From the NCBI RefSeq assembly GCF_016433145.1, contig NC_058131.1:245736284-245800283 (forward strand): DNA of 64,000 nucleotides. The letters run 5' to 3'. A program made the position numbers and the translations under genes. Under the pieces are notes generated by a model. It did no database searches and was not told the DNA's origin. It saw only the letters and a program-made list of their open reading frames with translations. This DNA comes from Gracilinanus agilis. Its lineage: Eukaryota. The first letter of the stretch is position 1, and the number at the start of each line of letters is the position of its first letter. Below, piece by piece: positions 25,514-38,267 of the stretch.

Positions 25514-25712
25514 CAGTGATTCCCAAAGTGGGCACCACCACCCCCTGGTGGGTGCCACAGTGATTGGGGGAGGGGGGTGTGATGGCCACAGGTGCATTTA
25601 TCTTTCCTATTAATTGCTATTAAAATTTTAAAAAAAATTAATTTCCAGGGGGGCTAAGTAATATTTTTTTCTGGAAAGGGGGTGGTAGGCCAAAAAAGTT
25701 TGGGAACCACTG
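25514..25712. mobile_element. hAT MITE, same family as 1993-2185, inserted in a MIR-like relic
   Basis: Same TIRs and internal sequence; the TSD is degenerate (atctaggc vs atcagagg). Confidence 0.88.
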
Positions 25713-26383
25713 ATCAGAGGATGTGGCTTCCAATCTTGGCTCTACAGATTAGTACTCGTATGGCTTAGACAAATTGCTTAACCTCCTTAGGCTTCAGTTT
25801 CTTCAACTGAAGAAGTAGAGATTTGGGCTTGATAATCCTGATGTTCCTTTTCAAGTTGTCCATTAAAAGACTGATTATCAAGGTCTGGACAATAGGCATT
25901 CTTCATCTACATGGTTTCTCTTGTGCAGATAATTAGGCCAAATTAACAGATCTTACAGAAGTGAAAAGAAGTCACGCCAGGATCTGAACACTGAAAAACA
26001 TATTATGTGATTTATTAGAGATCTATAATTATTTGCTGCATGAATTCTATATCCATTCTACCAGGGCCTAATTCTAGGTAAAGCCTGGACCAAGTTTATT
26101 ACTGTCCCTCTGCATAAAGTAGGCAAGATAATTTACTTTAAATACCTCAAGATCATTCCTGATAATAATGGAATAAGAGTTGATACCCTTCATCACAGGG
26201 GTGAGGAATTTTAGTGCTAGAAGGAACTACAGGGGTATTTAGAGACCTTTCTTTTTATAGATTGAGGAAACTAAGTTCCAAGGAGAGGGTAGTGATTTGT
26301 CCATATTCACACAGATAATTAAGTGGTATAATTGTCACTAGAACATAGGTTTCCTACTTCCTATTTAATTATTAATTACTTGG

Positions 26384-26600
26384 AGGCAGCTGGGTGGCTC
26401 AGTGGATTGAGAGTCAGACCCAGAGAAGGGAGGTCCTGGGTTCAAATCTGGTCTCAGACACTTCCTAGCTGTGTGACCCTGGACAAGTCACTTGACCCCC
26501 ATTGCCTAGCCCTTACCACTCTTCTGCCTTAGAGCCAATACACAGTATTGATTCTAAGACGGAAGGTAAGGGTTCAAAATTAAAAAAACAAAACAAAACA
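26384..26600 (+). mobile_element. SINE1/Mar-type SINE
   Basis: ggaggcagctgggtggctcagtggattgagag head and (CAAAA)n tail. Confidence 0.88.
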
Positions 26601-27137
26601 ATAAAACACAATGTTATTAATTACTCTACAATAGGATGTTCAAATTTCTTAAAGAAATATCCAAAGGAGTTATATCACAATTTCTCCCATTTTGAACACT
26701 GCCCCTGCCCCCATGCACAAAGTAACGAAGCACTGTAGGTCATTACCCAGGAAAAGGCAGGTAAACATGTGATTGAATTCCATCTCTGCTGAAGAATTTC
26801 AAATACTTTGGTTATGTGTGTGAGATTCATAATGTACACATGAACTCCTTTTAAAGAATTATTAACCAACCAGCCCTGAACTGCAACCAGAGAAGTGAGA
26901 AACAAAGGCTGGCTCTGAAAACTTTTTAAAAATCTGTCACCACACTTCTGTGTATTCTCTACACTTGACACAACTACAGCCATTTTTTCTTTTCCTGAGG
27001 ACTAGATGAGGCAGAGAGGAGAAGAGAAAGCTCCAGGGAGCAAGAGGTGAATTATTTAAACCTGCTATGGAAAAATACAAATTCTCATTACAATGCACTG
27101 GGCAGACTCTAATCTTCATTATAACTTTTCTTTCTGG

Positions 27138-27361
27138 TCAGTTGTTCCAGTCAGATCTGACTCTTCGTGACCCCATTTGGGGTTGTCTTGGCATTTGGGT
27201 TTGCCATTTTTTCCCTCTAGCTCAAGTTACAGATGAGGAAACTGAGTTAAACAGGATAAAGTAACTTGCCCAGCGCCACACTGCTAGGAAGTGTCTGAGG
27301 TCAAATTTGAACTCAGGTCTTCCAGGGCCAGCACTCTCTCTACTGCTCCATCTAGCTGCCC
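27138..27361 (-). mobile_element. Mar1-type SINE
   Basis: ctgactcttcgtgaccccatttgggg...catctagctgccc. Confidence 0.75.
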
Positions 27362-27407
27362 ACCAGTATAACTTGTCAGCAAAGCTTTTACTAAGTAATT
27401 CATGTCT

Positions 27408-27577
27408 ATGGAGCCATATTTGGCTCCACTTCCCCACTGGCCAGTCCGGGCAGAGCCCCAGGATGTGCCCCAGGGGGCCCTTCAGCTCCCCCATGTTCCA
27501 GCGCTTTCCTCTGCCTCCATCCTCCTCCTTCCGCAGGCGTTTATGGTTCTCTTGGCCAAAAAGGTTGCCGACCCTTG
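27408..27577. mobile_element. hAT MITE of the same family as 8163-8354, left TIR missing
   Basis: Internal match gccagtccgggcagagccccaggatgtgccc; right TIR GGTTGCCGACCCTTG. Confidence 0.8.
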
Positions 27578-27836
27578 CTATAGAGTGATACAGTAAATTC
27601 ATGATCTTGTCACCACAACACTTCGATTATTTCAGAGAGGAGCAGGGAAAGGAAAGAGACTACGAATGTGATATATGGTTGAAATGGCTCATACCTAAGA
27701 ATTTTATGATCTTCTGATATGAGACTCCTAGGAAATACAATTACTCTAGCTCCTAAGCAAGTCTGTGTTCACTTGGCTAGATATGGAGCTAAGCCTTGGG
27801 CGTGGCAAGGAAGTGCCCACCATATCAATCAATTGA

Positions 27837-28238
27837 CAAGCATTCTGTTAATTTTTTTTACACCTAAGTGCCCTATGCAATTCTAGGTGTTGAAGAACTC
27901 ATTGACAACAACCACAAAACTCTTTACACAAAGGCAGATCTAAATAAATGGAGAAATAATGATTACTCATGTATATAGCAGACCTTATGATGTTGGATTG
28001 CATTGCATAATATTATTTTATAGGTTATAAGAATCATAGGATCCTAGATGGAGGGTTGAAAGGAAACCTTTGACTTATCAACTCAAAGTCCTTTGTAGTA
28101 AAACAAATCTGAGGAAGGGGAGAGCTAGGCAGATAGATGGGACAGGGTCACACAGATAATAATTATCTAAGGTGGGACTTCCTTACTCCAAGTCCATCAC
28201 TTTATTCACTAAACCACTCTGCTCCTCAGGAAAGGCTT
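27837..28238 (+). repeat. Left arm of a 402-bp inverted duplication
   Basis: Reverse complement of 29723-30124; I found no mismatch by eye. Confidence 0.95.
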
Positions 28239-29089
28239 GGAGCTATGTGACTCATAGAAGACATTTGAAGGAAACTAAGGATTCTAAGAGGTGGAAGTCA
28301 GGTATATTCCATGCATGGAGGAATTATATTCCATATATTTAATGAAATGACTTCAATGTCCAATATTAAATTTATTAGCAGAAGTCATTGTTCCATTCTT
28401 TGAACAATCTCTCATCAAGCAATTTACATTTTCATGGGAGAACATTAAAAAGCTACTCCACTCTCCAGCAGGCCCCCAAAGTGCTAAGCCTCTCAATGCT
28501 GAATTTCCTGTCCTTTTCTGCTTTGTTACTGCAAGGGTCATTTCCCCAAACCCCAATCTCTCTTGCTTCCCCAACTCTCCCAATAATTCAATCAACACTA
28601 CCATTAGCCTCTGGCCTCAGAGGCTGTCAATGTTGCTATTTAGTCATACTGGAGCAGTCTGCCATTTTCCTCTCCAGCTAATTTTACACAGGAGGAAACT
28701 CAGGCAAATGGAGTTAAGTGACTTGCCTAGGGTCACAAGTCTAAAGCCAGATTTGAACTCAGGAAGACTGATCTTCCTGACTCCTAGCCAGGCACTGTAC
28801 CCATTCTTTTCACTGCACTACCTCATTGCTTGTCAGTAAACTACTCTACACATCAATCATCTCAGTGTTCCCAAACCAAAATACCCTTCCCTTACATCTA
28901 TATGTATGTATATACGTACAGATACACCTATACATACACATAAGTTATTTTCTCCCTTCTCCTACCCCAGTGCAGTAAGCTCCTAGAGGATGAGGGAGGG
29001 CTGATTTACTCTGGAGTGCTTGTATTTCCAGGTCTTAAACATAGTGGTTGGCACATAGTAAATGATTAATAAATGATTTTTTGAAAGAA

Positions 29090-29279
29090 CTCTTACTTTA
29101 TATCTTAGAATTAATATTGTGTATTAGTTCTAAGACAGAAGAGCAGTAAGGGCTAGGCAATGGGGGTTAAGTGACTTGGCTAGGGTCATACAGCGAGGAA
29201 GTGTCTGAGATCAGATTTTAACCCAGGGCCTCCCATCTCTAGGCCTGGCTCTATCCACTGAACCACCTGACTGCCCCTA
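29090..29279 (-). mobile_element. SINE1/Mar-type SINE
   Basis: Reverse-strand SINE body. Confidence 0.85.
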
Positions 29280-29722
29280 TTAAATGATTTTAATTCATTT
29301 ACATAGCTATTTACTGATCACAAAGCCCTTTAATATACTTTTTCTCATTTGATTCTCATAACAGCCTGATGAAGCAATAGCTCTGGTACCGATCTATTGT
29401 CCATACTTTACAAAGTTGAAACTGGCTCCGAGATGAAGTGAATTGCCCATAGTCACACCCCATTGACTCTAGGACATAAGACAAACAACTCAGCTTGTCA
29501 TTTAAAGCCTTTCTCAGTCTGACTCCAGCTTATTTTCTTACACAGATTTCACATGTACTCTTTTACACACCTCCCATGAATTCAGAGTTCCTATCAAAAT
29601 GGTCTATTTGCTAATCTTTGCACAGATTCCCCATTCCCCATTCTGGAATGAATCTATCTGCCTTCCACCTCTTAGAATCCTTATCTTCCCTCAAACATCT
29701 TCAATGAGTCACTTATAATTCT

Positions 29723-30124
29723 AAGCCTTTCCTGAGGAGCAGAGTGGTTTAGTGAATAAAGTGATGGACTTGGAGTAAGGAAGTCCCACCTTAGATAATT
29801 ATTATCTGTGTGACCCTGTCCCATCTATCTGCCTAGCTCTCCCCTTCCTCAGATTTGTTTTACTACAAAGGACTTTGAGTTGATAAGTCAAAGGTTTCCT
29901 TTCAACCCTCCATCTAGGATCCTATGATTCTTATAACCTATAAAATAATATTATGCAATGCAATCCAACATCATAAGGTCTGCTATATACATGAGTAATC
30001 ATTATTTCTCCATTTATTTAGATCTGCCTTTGTGTAAAGAGTTTTGTGGTTGTTGTCAATGAGTTCTTCAACACCTAGAATTGCATAGGGCACTTAGGTG
30101 TAAAAAAAATTAACAGAATGCTTG
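29723..30124 (-). repeat. Right arm of the 402-bp inverted duplication, ending at a single N (30125)
   Basis: Reverse complement of 27837-28238. Confidence 0.95.
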
Positions 30125-30125
30125 N

Positions 30126-30340
30126 CTCAGTGGATTGAGAGCTAAGCCTAGAGATGGGAGGTCCTGGGTTCAAATATGACCTCAGATACTTCCTAGCTGT
30201 ATGACTCTGAGCAAGTCACTTAACCCCTATTACCTAGACCTTACCACTCTTCTATCTTGGAACCAATACACAGTATTGATTGAAAGAAAGAATTGTATTG
30301 ATTCTAAGACAGAAGGTAAGAATTAAAAAAAAATTTTTTT
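30126..30340 (+). mobile_element. SINE whose 5' end is cut at the N
   Basis: Starts mid-head at ctcagtggattgagagc. Confidence 0.85.
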
Positions 30341-31528
30341 TAAGTGATAGACTTGGAGTAAGAAAGTCCAACCTTAGATACTTATTAGCTGAGTAACCCT
30401 CTCCAATCAATCCACTTGGGTCTCAGTTTCCTCATCTGGAAAACAAAGGATTTAGAGTTGAGACAAAGGTTCCCAGGGATCCTATCATTCCCACACCCCA
30501 CTCTATCTCCCCTCTTCAAATCAGTAACAGTTTAGTAAATACTTGCTCTAAGCTCTAAGCTCTAGCCACTAAAGACACAAAACCAAAACAGCTCTTGCCT
30601 TCAAGGAGTTTACATTCTATTGGAGCTTACCTTCTATTGATCTGGGTGATTGGAAGGAGGGTGGGACAGGGATTTTGGGAAGAGGGGTGGGAGAAGCTGC
30701 AAAGATAAGGAGTTTGGACTCTGTGTTTGAAATTCTTATGGAACTTCTTTAAGCCATGCTCTTGTGCTCCAGGGGAGGTCTGTCACCACAGATCCTTCCC
30801 TGAGGCCATGAGCTTCTGATTAGTGAGAGTTTACTCTTACTGCCAGATCAGATGCACCTTCTTAAAGGCCTCTCCCTTACTCAAGAAGTCCTACCCTCAC
30901 TTCCTACCTCCATCTCAGGGAACAATAATCATTCAATACTACTATTCCTAGAAAGATGTATAATTTAATTGATGATCTTACTAATCATCCCTATGTCCAG
31001 AATGGTAGGTTATAACTGTGCTTTAGCTTCTTGAAGGTAGAGGTTGTTTTGTCTTTTTTGGAGGGAGGGGAAAAATTTGCTCATCCAGTGCTTAATCTAT
31101 ACCAAATGTTTAATAAATGCTTTTTCACCAATTTATTTAGGCAAGCAATTGACCAGGGAAGGGCTCCCAGGAGAGAAAAGAAGATTGGATAGGTAGATTT
31201 CAGAATTTTTCCCTGCATATAGGTGATGATGATGATGATGATTATTAAATATTTAAAAAACTCTTGTCTTCAGTCTAAAAATTTATACTGAGGATCTGTT
31301 CCAAAGCAGAAGAGTGGTAAGGGGTAGGCAATTGGAATTAAGTGACCTGTCCAGGGTTGTACGGCTAGAAGGTGTCTAAAGCCAATTCTAGGCTTGGTTC
31401 TCTGTCCACTGAGCCACCTAGCTATCCCCATACAGGGCCCCAAAGGAGAAAAGAGTGCCAGGACAAAGCCCTGACTATATCCACACGTAGAAAGCAGAAC
31501 ATGAATGATGAACTAGCAAAGGGTGAGA

Positions 31529-31730
31529 GGGGCAGCTGGGTGGCTCAGTGGATTGAGAGCCAGGCCTAGAGAAGGGAGGTACTGGGTTCAAATGTGGTCT
31601 CAAACACTTCTTAGTTGTGTGACCCATTGCAAGACACTTAACCTTCCTTCCCCACCCCCCCATTACCTAGCCCTTATCATTCTTCTACCTTGGAACCAAT
31701 AATTCTAAGACAGAAGGTAAGGGTTTAAAT
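31529..31730 (+). mobile_element. SINE1/Mar-type SINE (a further minus-strand copy lies at about 31255-31430)
   Basis: ggggcagctgggtggctcagtggattgagagccaggcc head. Confidence 0.85.
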
Positions 31731-34557
31731 AAAAGGAAAAAGAGAGAGAAACTTCAAAGGAGGAGAATCAGTAGAGAGTAGAAATTTCTTGCAAATCCTG
31801 GGAAGAGAGACTATTCAGGAGGAGGAGATTAAATGCTTCAAAAGCTAAAGTCTACAAAAAGTTCACTACATTTAGCAGTTAAAGGATTGGCAATAATTTT
31901 AATTAGAGCAATTTTAGTGGAGTTGGGTGACATCAGAAATTACACCATATTTACTTATGCCTATAATTATAATCTTTTGTTAGAATGAAAATTACAAGGG
32001 TTATTTTCCATCTTTGTCCTTGCGTCCTCAGTGCCTAGAAACCTTTAATAAATGTTTGTTGAATTGAATTTAAATTCACCAAGGATAAGTTTTTCCGACC
32101 TCATTCACTCATTCAAAGAGTACTGCGTACCTACTATGCAATAGTTGTATTCTAAAGAAGATTAGGATATAAGATTTCTGCTTTAGAGGTGAATGGGGAT
32201 TTGGGGGAGGGTTGGATGAAGGTAGATTAGTGTCATCCTCATAACTTCAAGAGCTTTGAATAGCTTGGGAAAAGCTGAATCACAGGCTGAATCTGCACTA
32301 GGAAAAGGTCCTAGAGGAGGATGGTCCTCTCCTCCCCTTTATCAAATTTAAAACCATTTTTTTACACCTCTAATTACATAATGATGCAAACCTTAGAGTG
32401 AATTCCTCCTAGGAGAACCAGGAAGCTCCAGCCATGCCCTGCCATCTAGAAAGGAAAGTCCATGTATGGAAAACCACACCCTGAGGGTGCATGACAACAC
32501 CTTTAGGAATGCTGTGCCCACACAGGAGACAGGCTTACGCACATTCTGTCAGAAGAACTCTGATAAATCAGTATTGATAACATGAGTTTCTGAAACACAG
32601 TTATAAACCACCATCCATACTTCCTGGACAAACAGGCTTTCTCAAAAGATTCTCTTCCTCCTGGTTCTGTGGGCCCAGTGTAGGGTAACCTTTAGAAGAG
32701 AGACAGTGAAACTGGAGAGAAGGATTTCTACAAATCCTAGTATGTATTTCCCAAGGTACCAGGTCAAATAAGTAGTATTTCCAAGAAGTCCGAATCTCCC
32801 CACACCCTACCTCCAAAGTTTAATCAATCAATTAATCATCAAACATTCATTAAATTCCTACAATATGCCAGACACTGTGCTAGATGGGGGATACAAATAC
32901 CAAGAATGCAATATTTCCCACTTCTGAATAATCACCTGAATATGTGAGAAAAGCAGATTACAAACTAGGGTGGTTAATTACTTATGTGGACTCCAGCTCC
33001 CTTTCTGCAGACCAGGGTCTGCTAAGCTCAGAACTGCAGCAGAAGGAGATCTCTGGGCAAGCAGAAATGCCAAGGAAGTAGAAGTCTCTTTGTGATCCAA
33101 ATACTTCCCCCCTCCCTAAGGAATGCAGGGCCCCTCCCAAGAACTTAAAAAAAAACAAAACCTTTTGAGAGTTCTTAGTTGCCTTATCTCTAAAATGATA
33201 ATATTACTTGTACTGAAGAGATACTGGGAAATATCTACTTAAAAGGGTTAGAACTGATTATGATTTAAAACTAGAAGAGTCCTTAAAAATAAATTAGTAC
33301 AACTTTCAAGGCTTGAAGATGCAGAGAGAATACAAGGAATACAAAAGGAGTATAAGAAGTAGAACCAGGAGATTCCACATTCCAAGTTTTTCTCTAGACA
33401 CTTCTCTATAGTAAAGGAAACTACCGAGTAGTCTGAGTAGTTCTTTTGAGTGAATAAGATCAAGGAGTTAATTCACTTCTTAATCCCCCTCTGGGTAAGG
33501 TGGAGTCCCTTTCCTAGATCTGCTATCAAGAATAAAACACCTGAAACCACAGAAATACCCAGACAAAGCAATTTATTTTTGTTTTGACCCTCTTTGCAAA
33601 GCACTTAATTAGGAATGCAGTGAATCTCTGCTATCTGAATTTATGTCTAATCTCTCCTGCCAAGTTAAAAAAAAACCACAGTACTGCCTTTAAGACTGAA
33701 GCCTAGTCTTAGCTAAATTTGGTATCCTCTTGTACAATTCTTTGCACATAGTAATTAAAACCAACATTTCTTTAGCTCTTTAAGGCATAAGGTTTTTTCC
33801 CCCCAGAACAGCTTTGTAAAATAAGTAGTGTATGCATGATTATCCTCGTGTTACAGATATAAAAACTGAGTCTTAAATGAGTAAAAGTGATTTATCCAAG
33901 GTCACCTAGGTAGTATAAACAAGGCTAGGATTTGAATCTAAGGTTCCTTAATTTAGAGTTTGACATTTTTCTACTCCAGAGATATCTTTAATAACTCTCA
34001 CCTAAGGACTTGTGGCCCAAGTACAAATTACCTCGGGACCTTTTTCTGAAGTTTAGGGACCTGCCTTGACAAATATTTCTAGAAATCTCCATTTTCCTCT
34101 TTCCTAGAGATGAGAGGTAAGGACCAATCATTGGTGAAAATTTAGCACTATTCCTATCAGGGAATTCTAAAAGATATGGGGATTCCTGTTCCTAAGGGAT
34201 AGTGTCTAAATTATCCATTATAGAAAAATGTTAGTGGGAGTTGATGGTCTGGGAAGTAATATCTAAAAGTGCTAAGACAGTATTTTAAAACACCTGTAAA
34301 GGAACTGAGGAAAATAATATTGTGGCAGCAGGGGGAGAAGCTCAAGAATTAGGCCAAAAGAACCTAAACTCAGGTAGTGAGGGTCTTCCAGCCAAATTTG
34401 GAATAAGGTCCTGCGACAAACTGGATGTGTGTGCTATCCAAGTACCAGCCATAACCTACAAGGAATGAATTATTTGGCTGTGGTAACTCCAGAAACATCA
34501 GGGTGGGGATAGGGGGCAGAGAATCGCTTCCAAGTTCATCAAGAAGGGTACTGGCTG

Positions 34558-35053
34558 GTTGGGGAATGGCTGAACAAATTGTGGTACATGCGGGTGATGG
34601 AATACTATTGTGCTAAAAGGAATAATAAACTGGAGGAATTCCATGCAAATTGGAGAGACCTCCAGGAAGTGATGCAGAGCGAAAGGAGCAGAGCCAGAAG
34701 AACATTGTACACAGAGACTGATATACTATGGTAAAATCAAATGTAATGGGCTCCTGTACCAGCAGCACTGCAATGATACAAGACAGCTCTGAGGGATTTA
34801 TGGTAAAGATGCTACCCACATTGAGAGGAAGGACTGCAGGAGAGGAAACATATAAGATAAACAATTGCTTGAATGCATGGGCTGAGGCGGACATGAATGG
34901 GAAATAGACCCTGAACAAGGACACATGTTACAACCAGTGGAAATGTGCGTTGGCCATGGGTGGGGGGAGAGCGGGGGAGTGAAGGGGAAAGTAGTGGCAT
35001 AAAGTATGTAAATAGATTAAAAACGAATATTAATAAATGTCTAATAAAAAAAA
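34558..35053 (+). mobile_element. 5'-truncated L1 with polyA tail, just upstream of the PARD6B CpG island
   Basis: The + frame reads VGEWLNKLWYMRVMEYYCAKRNNKLEEFHANWRDLQEVMQSERS; 17-bp TSD AAGAAGGGTACTGGCTG (34541-34557, 35054-35070). Confidence 0.96.
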
Positions 35054-35379
35054 AAGAAGGGTACTGGCTGGGTCATAAATTAAAGGGGGAGGGGGGATGG
35101 AGAGCCGGATGAATTCTGCCAAGGCTCCCTGGACAGAAGATTGTTGCGTGAGATTGGTACCGATAGAGCGAAAGTGAGAGGCCTAGGACTCTGCGCACTA
35201 GTCGGAAAGATGCAAAACGAATTCCCGCCATGCGCCCTTCTGTAGGGAAGCCTATGCTTTTGCACGCTTTATTTGTTAATGACTGATATTTATATACAGA
35301 ACTTTAAGATTCGTTTGGGAGGCGTCTTCCATGCATTTGGGTACAATGCTCCTTCCAAACAAGCCGCAATCGCATTCCT

Positions 35380-36600
35380 CCGGAGTAACAGGTGCTTGTT
35401 CGCAAGGGCTCCAGAAACCCCAGCCCGCTGGAGACCTGGAGCGCGTGCTCAAGGCCTCCGGGGTGGAAGTTGGGAAGAGGGGGGACGCCCAGAGGGCTGG
35501 CGGCTCCGCTCCCGCAATCCCCATAAACCTCCTCCAGGTGCGCTCTCGCTTCCGGCCCAGACCTCCCGCCCTCCCCTAGTCCTCTCTCTTCTGCAGCGGA
35601 AACTCCAGCGGCCACGCATGCGCCGTACTTCCCTCTTACAGCGGGCTATAGGAGGGGTTGAATGGGAAAGGGGAGGAGACCGCCCCTGCTCTTCAGGTGC
35701 TCCCCGGGGCGTCTCTCGGCAGGCGCGGGGGTGGGAGGGGCGCGTGACGTTCCCCCTCCCTTTTCTTCCCTTCTCTTTCTCTCCATTCCATTCAACTAGT
35801 GGAGCTTATCGGTGGTAGACTTCAGCTTTCGTGCCTGGGCCGGCGAGAAGAGTCTGACGCTTCTTCTCTTCCTCTTCTGGGGCCTCTCTTCCAGGGTCCG
35901 GTCAGGCAGGTTAGCGCGCACACCGCAGTCGTGGCGCCTCCCCACCCCCCAACCCCCCATCTAACTGCAGGTGTGTGAGGGGCGCGCGCGAGCGCGGGCG
36001 GGAACGCGCCAGTCGAGAGCGAGGCTGGGCGCTCTTGGCCGCCCCCTCCCCCTCCTGGGATCCCCGGAGCCACCTCCGCGCCTCCAGCCGGGCGCTGCCC
36101 CTGCCGCCGCCTCTTCCTCAGCTCTGCGGGTTGAAGGACTGAAAGCCGAAGCAGGAGGAAGAGGAGAAACCGCCACCACCGCGGCTGCAGGTGGTTTGTT
36201 CGCGTAGCAGGCCGGAGCCCCTTCCTCCTGTCGCATCTTCTCGCCCCGGGAGAGGAAGCCTGGGCGGACCGACCGCCCGCCGGACTGACAGACCGTCCGT
36301 CTCCCCCACCCCCATCCACCCCCGCGCTCACTATGAACCGGACTCACCGGCACGGCGCGAGCAGCGGCTGCCTGGGCACCATGGAGGTGAAAAGCAAGGT
36401 GGGTGCGGGGCCCTGGGAGCACGGGAGATTGGGAGAGACGGAGGAGAGGGTGAGGGGTAAGAAGGCACAGGTGGGGCACGGGAGGTGGGGGAGCGTGACC
36501 CGACCCGGAACGTCTGGAAGTGGGAATTTGGGCAGGAAACTAGGGGACGGGCCCGAATGGTGAGATGTGGATACACACCTGTGCCTAACCTGCCCGGGAC
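35380..36600 (+). promoter_or_regulatory. CpG island / PARD6B promoter and 5' UTR
   Basis: High GC and CpG density in an otherwise CpG-depleted window. Motifs: ETS-type CTTCCGG 35549-35555, NRF1-like CGCATGCGC 35615-35623, CRE-like TGACGT 35745-35750, GC boxes. The island covers exon 1. Edges are approximate. Confidence 0.9.
36333..36398 (+). CDS. PARD6B: PARD6B coding exon 1 (MNRTHRHGASSGCLGTMEVKSK), start of the PB1 domain
   Basis: ATG at 36333 inside a CpG island; 66 nt ending AAG|GTGGGT donor (phase 0); the peptide matches the Par-6 beta N-terminus. Confidence 0.96.
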
Positions 36601-38267
36601 CCTGAGAGGATCAAGTTATTGCTACCTTGTGCTTAACCAACATTCCTTTTTTCCAACTCCACACTTTGTAACCCTGCTGGTGGGTGTAGAAAAGAAGGGG
36701 TTATACTCTAGCAAAAGAGTTAGCTGGAAGGAGGAAAACTTGATTTGGTTGACCGAATTGGATTAAGCGGTTAGGGTTTTGTTGAGAGTTAAGCTGCCTA
36801 ACACTCAGTTTTACATAATGCTTGCTCTTTTCCCCTCTCACTAGCCGGGGGAGTAGAAAATTTACATCACCCAATTAGATTTGCTCCCTATTGTAGCAAA
36901 AATAAGGTTTTTTCTGTTAAGTAATCTTGTTATCTGTTTACTCTTTGAACGTAATAACTCACCACAAAAGAATTTTAAAATTTCTTTAATACTTAACAAC
37001 AGAACTTTGGTCTGTCTAGAAGGGAACGAACGCACGCAAACACATAGACGTGCAATTTTTAACCACTTATAAGACAGTTTATGAGTCAAAAACCAGTTAG
37101 ATATCGACTGAGCCCCCGAGTGGTGGGGATATCGGTAAGTCTTACAGTAAGGGTGTGATCCAAGGTCTGGTGGGAAAGGCATTCGGAAAAGAGATTTAAC
37201 AGTTGCTTAGGAAATGGGGCCATTTCAGTTCCAATGAACCTTTCCTTAACTTCAGAGAACATCAACTAGATGAAACCATCATATAGACTTTCTTGTCCAA
37301 CCTCTTCTCCCCCTACTCCACCTACACTGTGGTTACTTGAGGTCCAGAGACCTGCATCATTTCATATAGCTGGTTAGTGAGAAAACTACCGAACGTTGCT
37401 TTAGGCTTTTGGTAGATGCAATTAGAATATGGCCTCTGCCCATCATAAGCTTAACATAGTACAACAGAGGGATGAAAAACATGTAAAGTTTCTTGAAAGT
37501 AGCTACAAAATAATGATCAAATGCAACATAATATTACACAATTGAATTCATGAGTACTGAGGGTTTGCTGATCTATGGAATGTAGGTACTAGGGAAAGGT
37601 TTCTTTAAGGATACATAAAAGAAATGAATTCTTTTTCCTGGGATCAGTAACCAGGATTCTGTAATCTTTAAAATGAGATTAAGGAGATCCACATTTGTGT
37701 TGTATTTAAAATTTAATATTCCAAAAATTAATATTCCTGTGTGTGTCTATATGTTGTAAAATTTGGTTGCAACTTTATGTACTATTTAATTAGAACATAA
37801 ATGTAGTTATCAGGTAAACAACTTTAGACTTGGATTTTAAAGAACATACTCTTCCCTCTCCATCCTTCATGGGAGTTGTCTCTGCAAATTGAAATTGCTT
37901 ACCTGACAGTAATAGGATTCAGAATCAATCTTGTCATACTGATAGTGAACCCATGCCTTCCTAATTCTGACACCAGATTTGGTTTTTTGGAGCTTAGGTT
38001 AACAAAAAAAAATTCTTAAGTAGTGCACAGATCTCAAAACCAGTTATTGGCTTAAACATAGCCAGTTGGTAATTATTAATGAATTAATAATACTCATTCT
38101 AAACATGATGGAATTTTAAATTCTAGGTCATACAGAGTGATGAGCATTTGTTATGATGCCTTGTATAATGATCCCCAAATGCTTGTCGAAAGAAATTGAT
38201 GTATATTATGGACTGGACTTTGAGATATTTTCACATTTCTGCCATTTGGTTTAAAATTCTCATGTGT

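Noticed and set aside
35273-36766. Many overlapping 60-180 aa ORFs on both strands
   Set aside because: They are by-products of the stop-poor CpG island. Only the 22-codon exon 1 is supported by homology and a splice donor.
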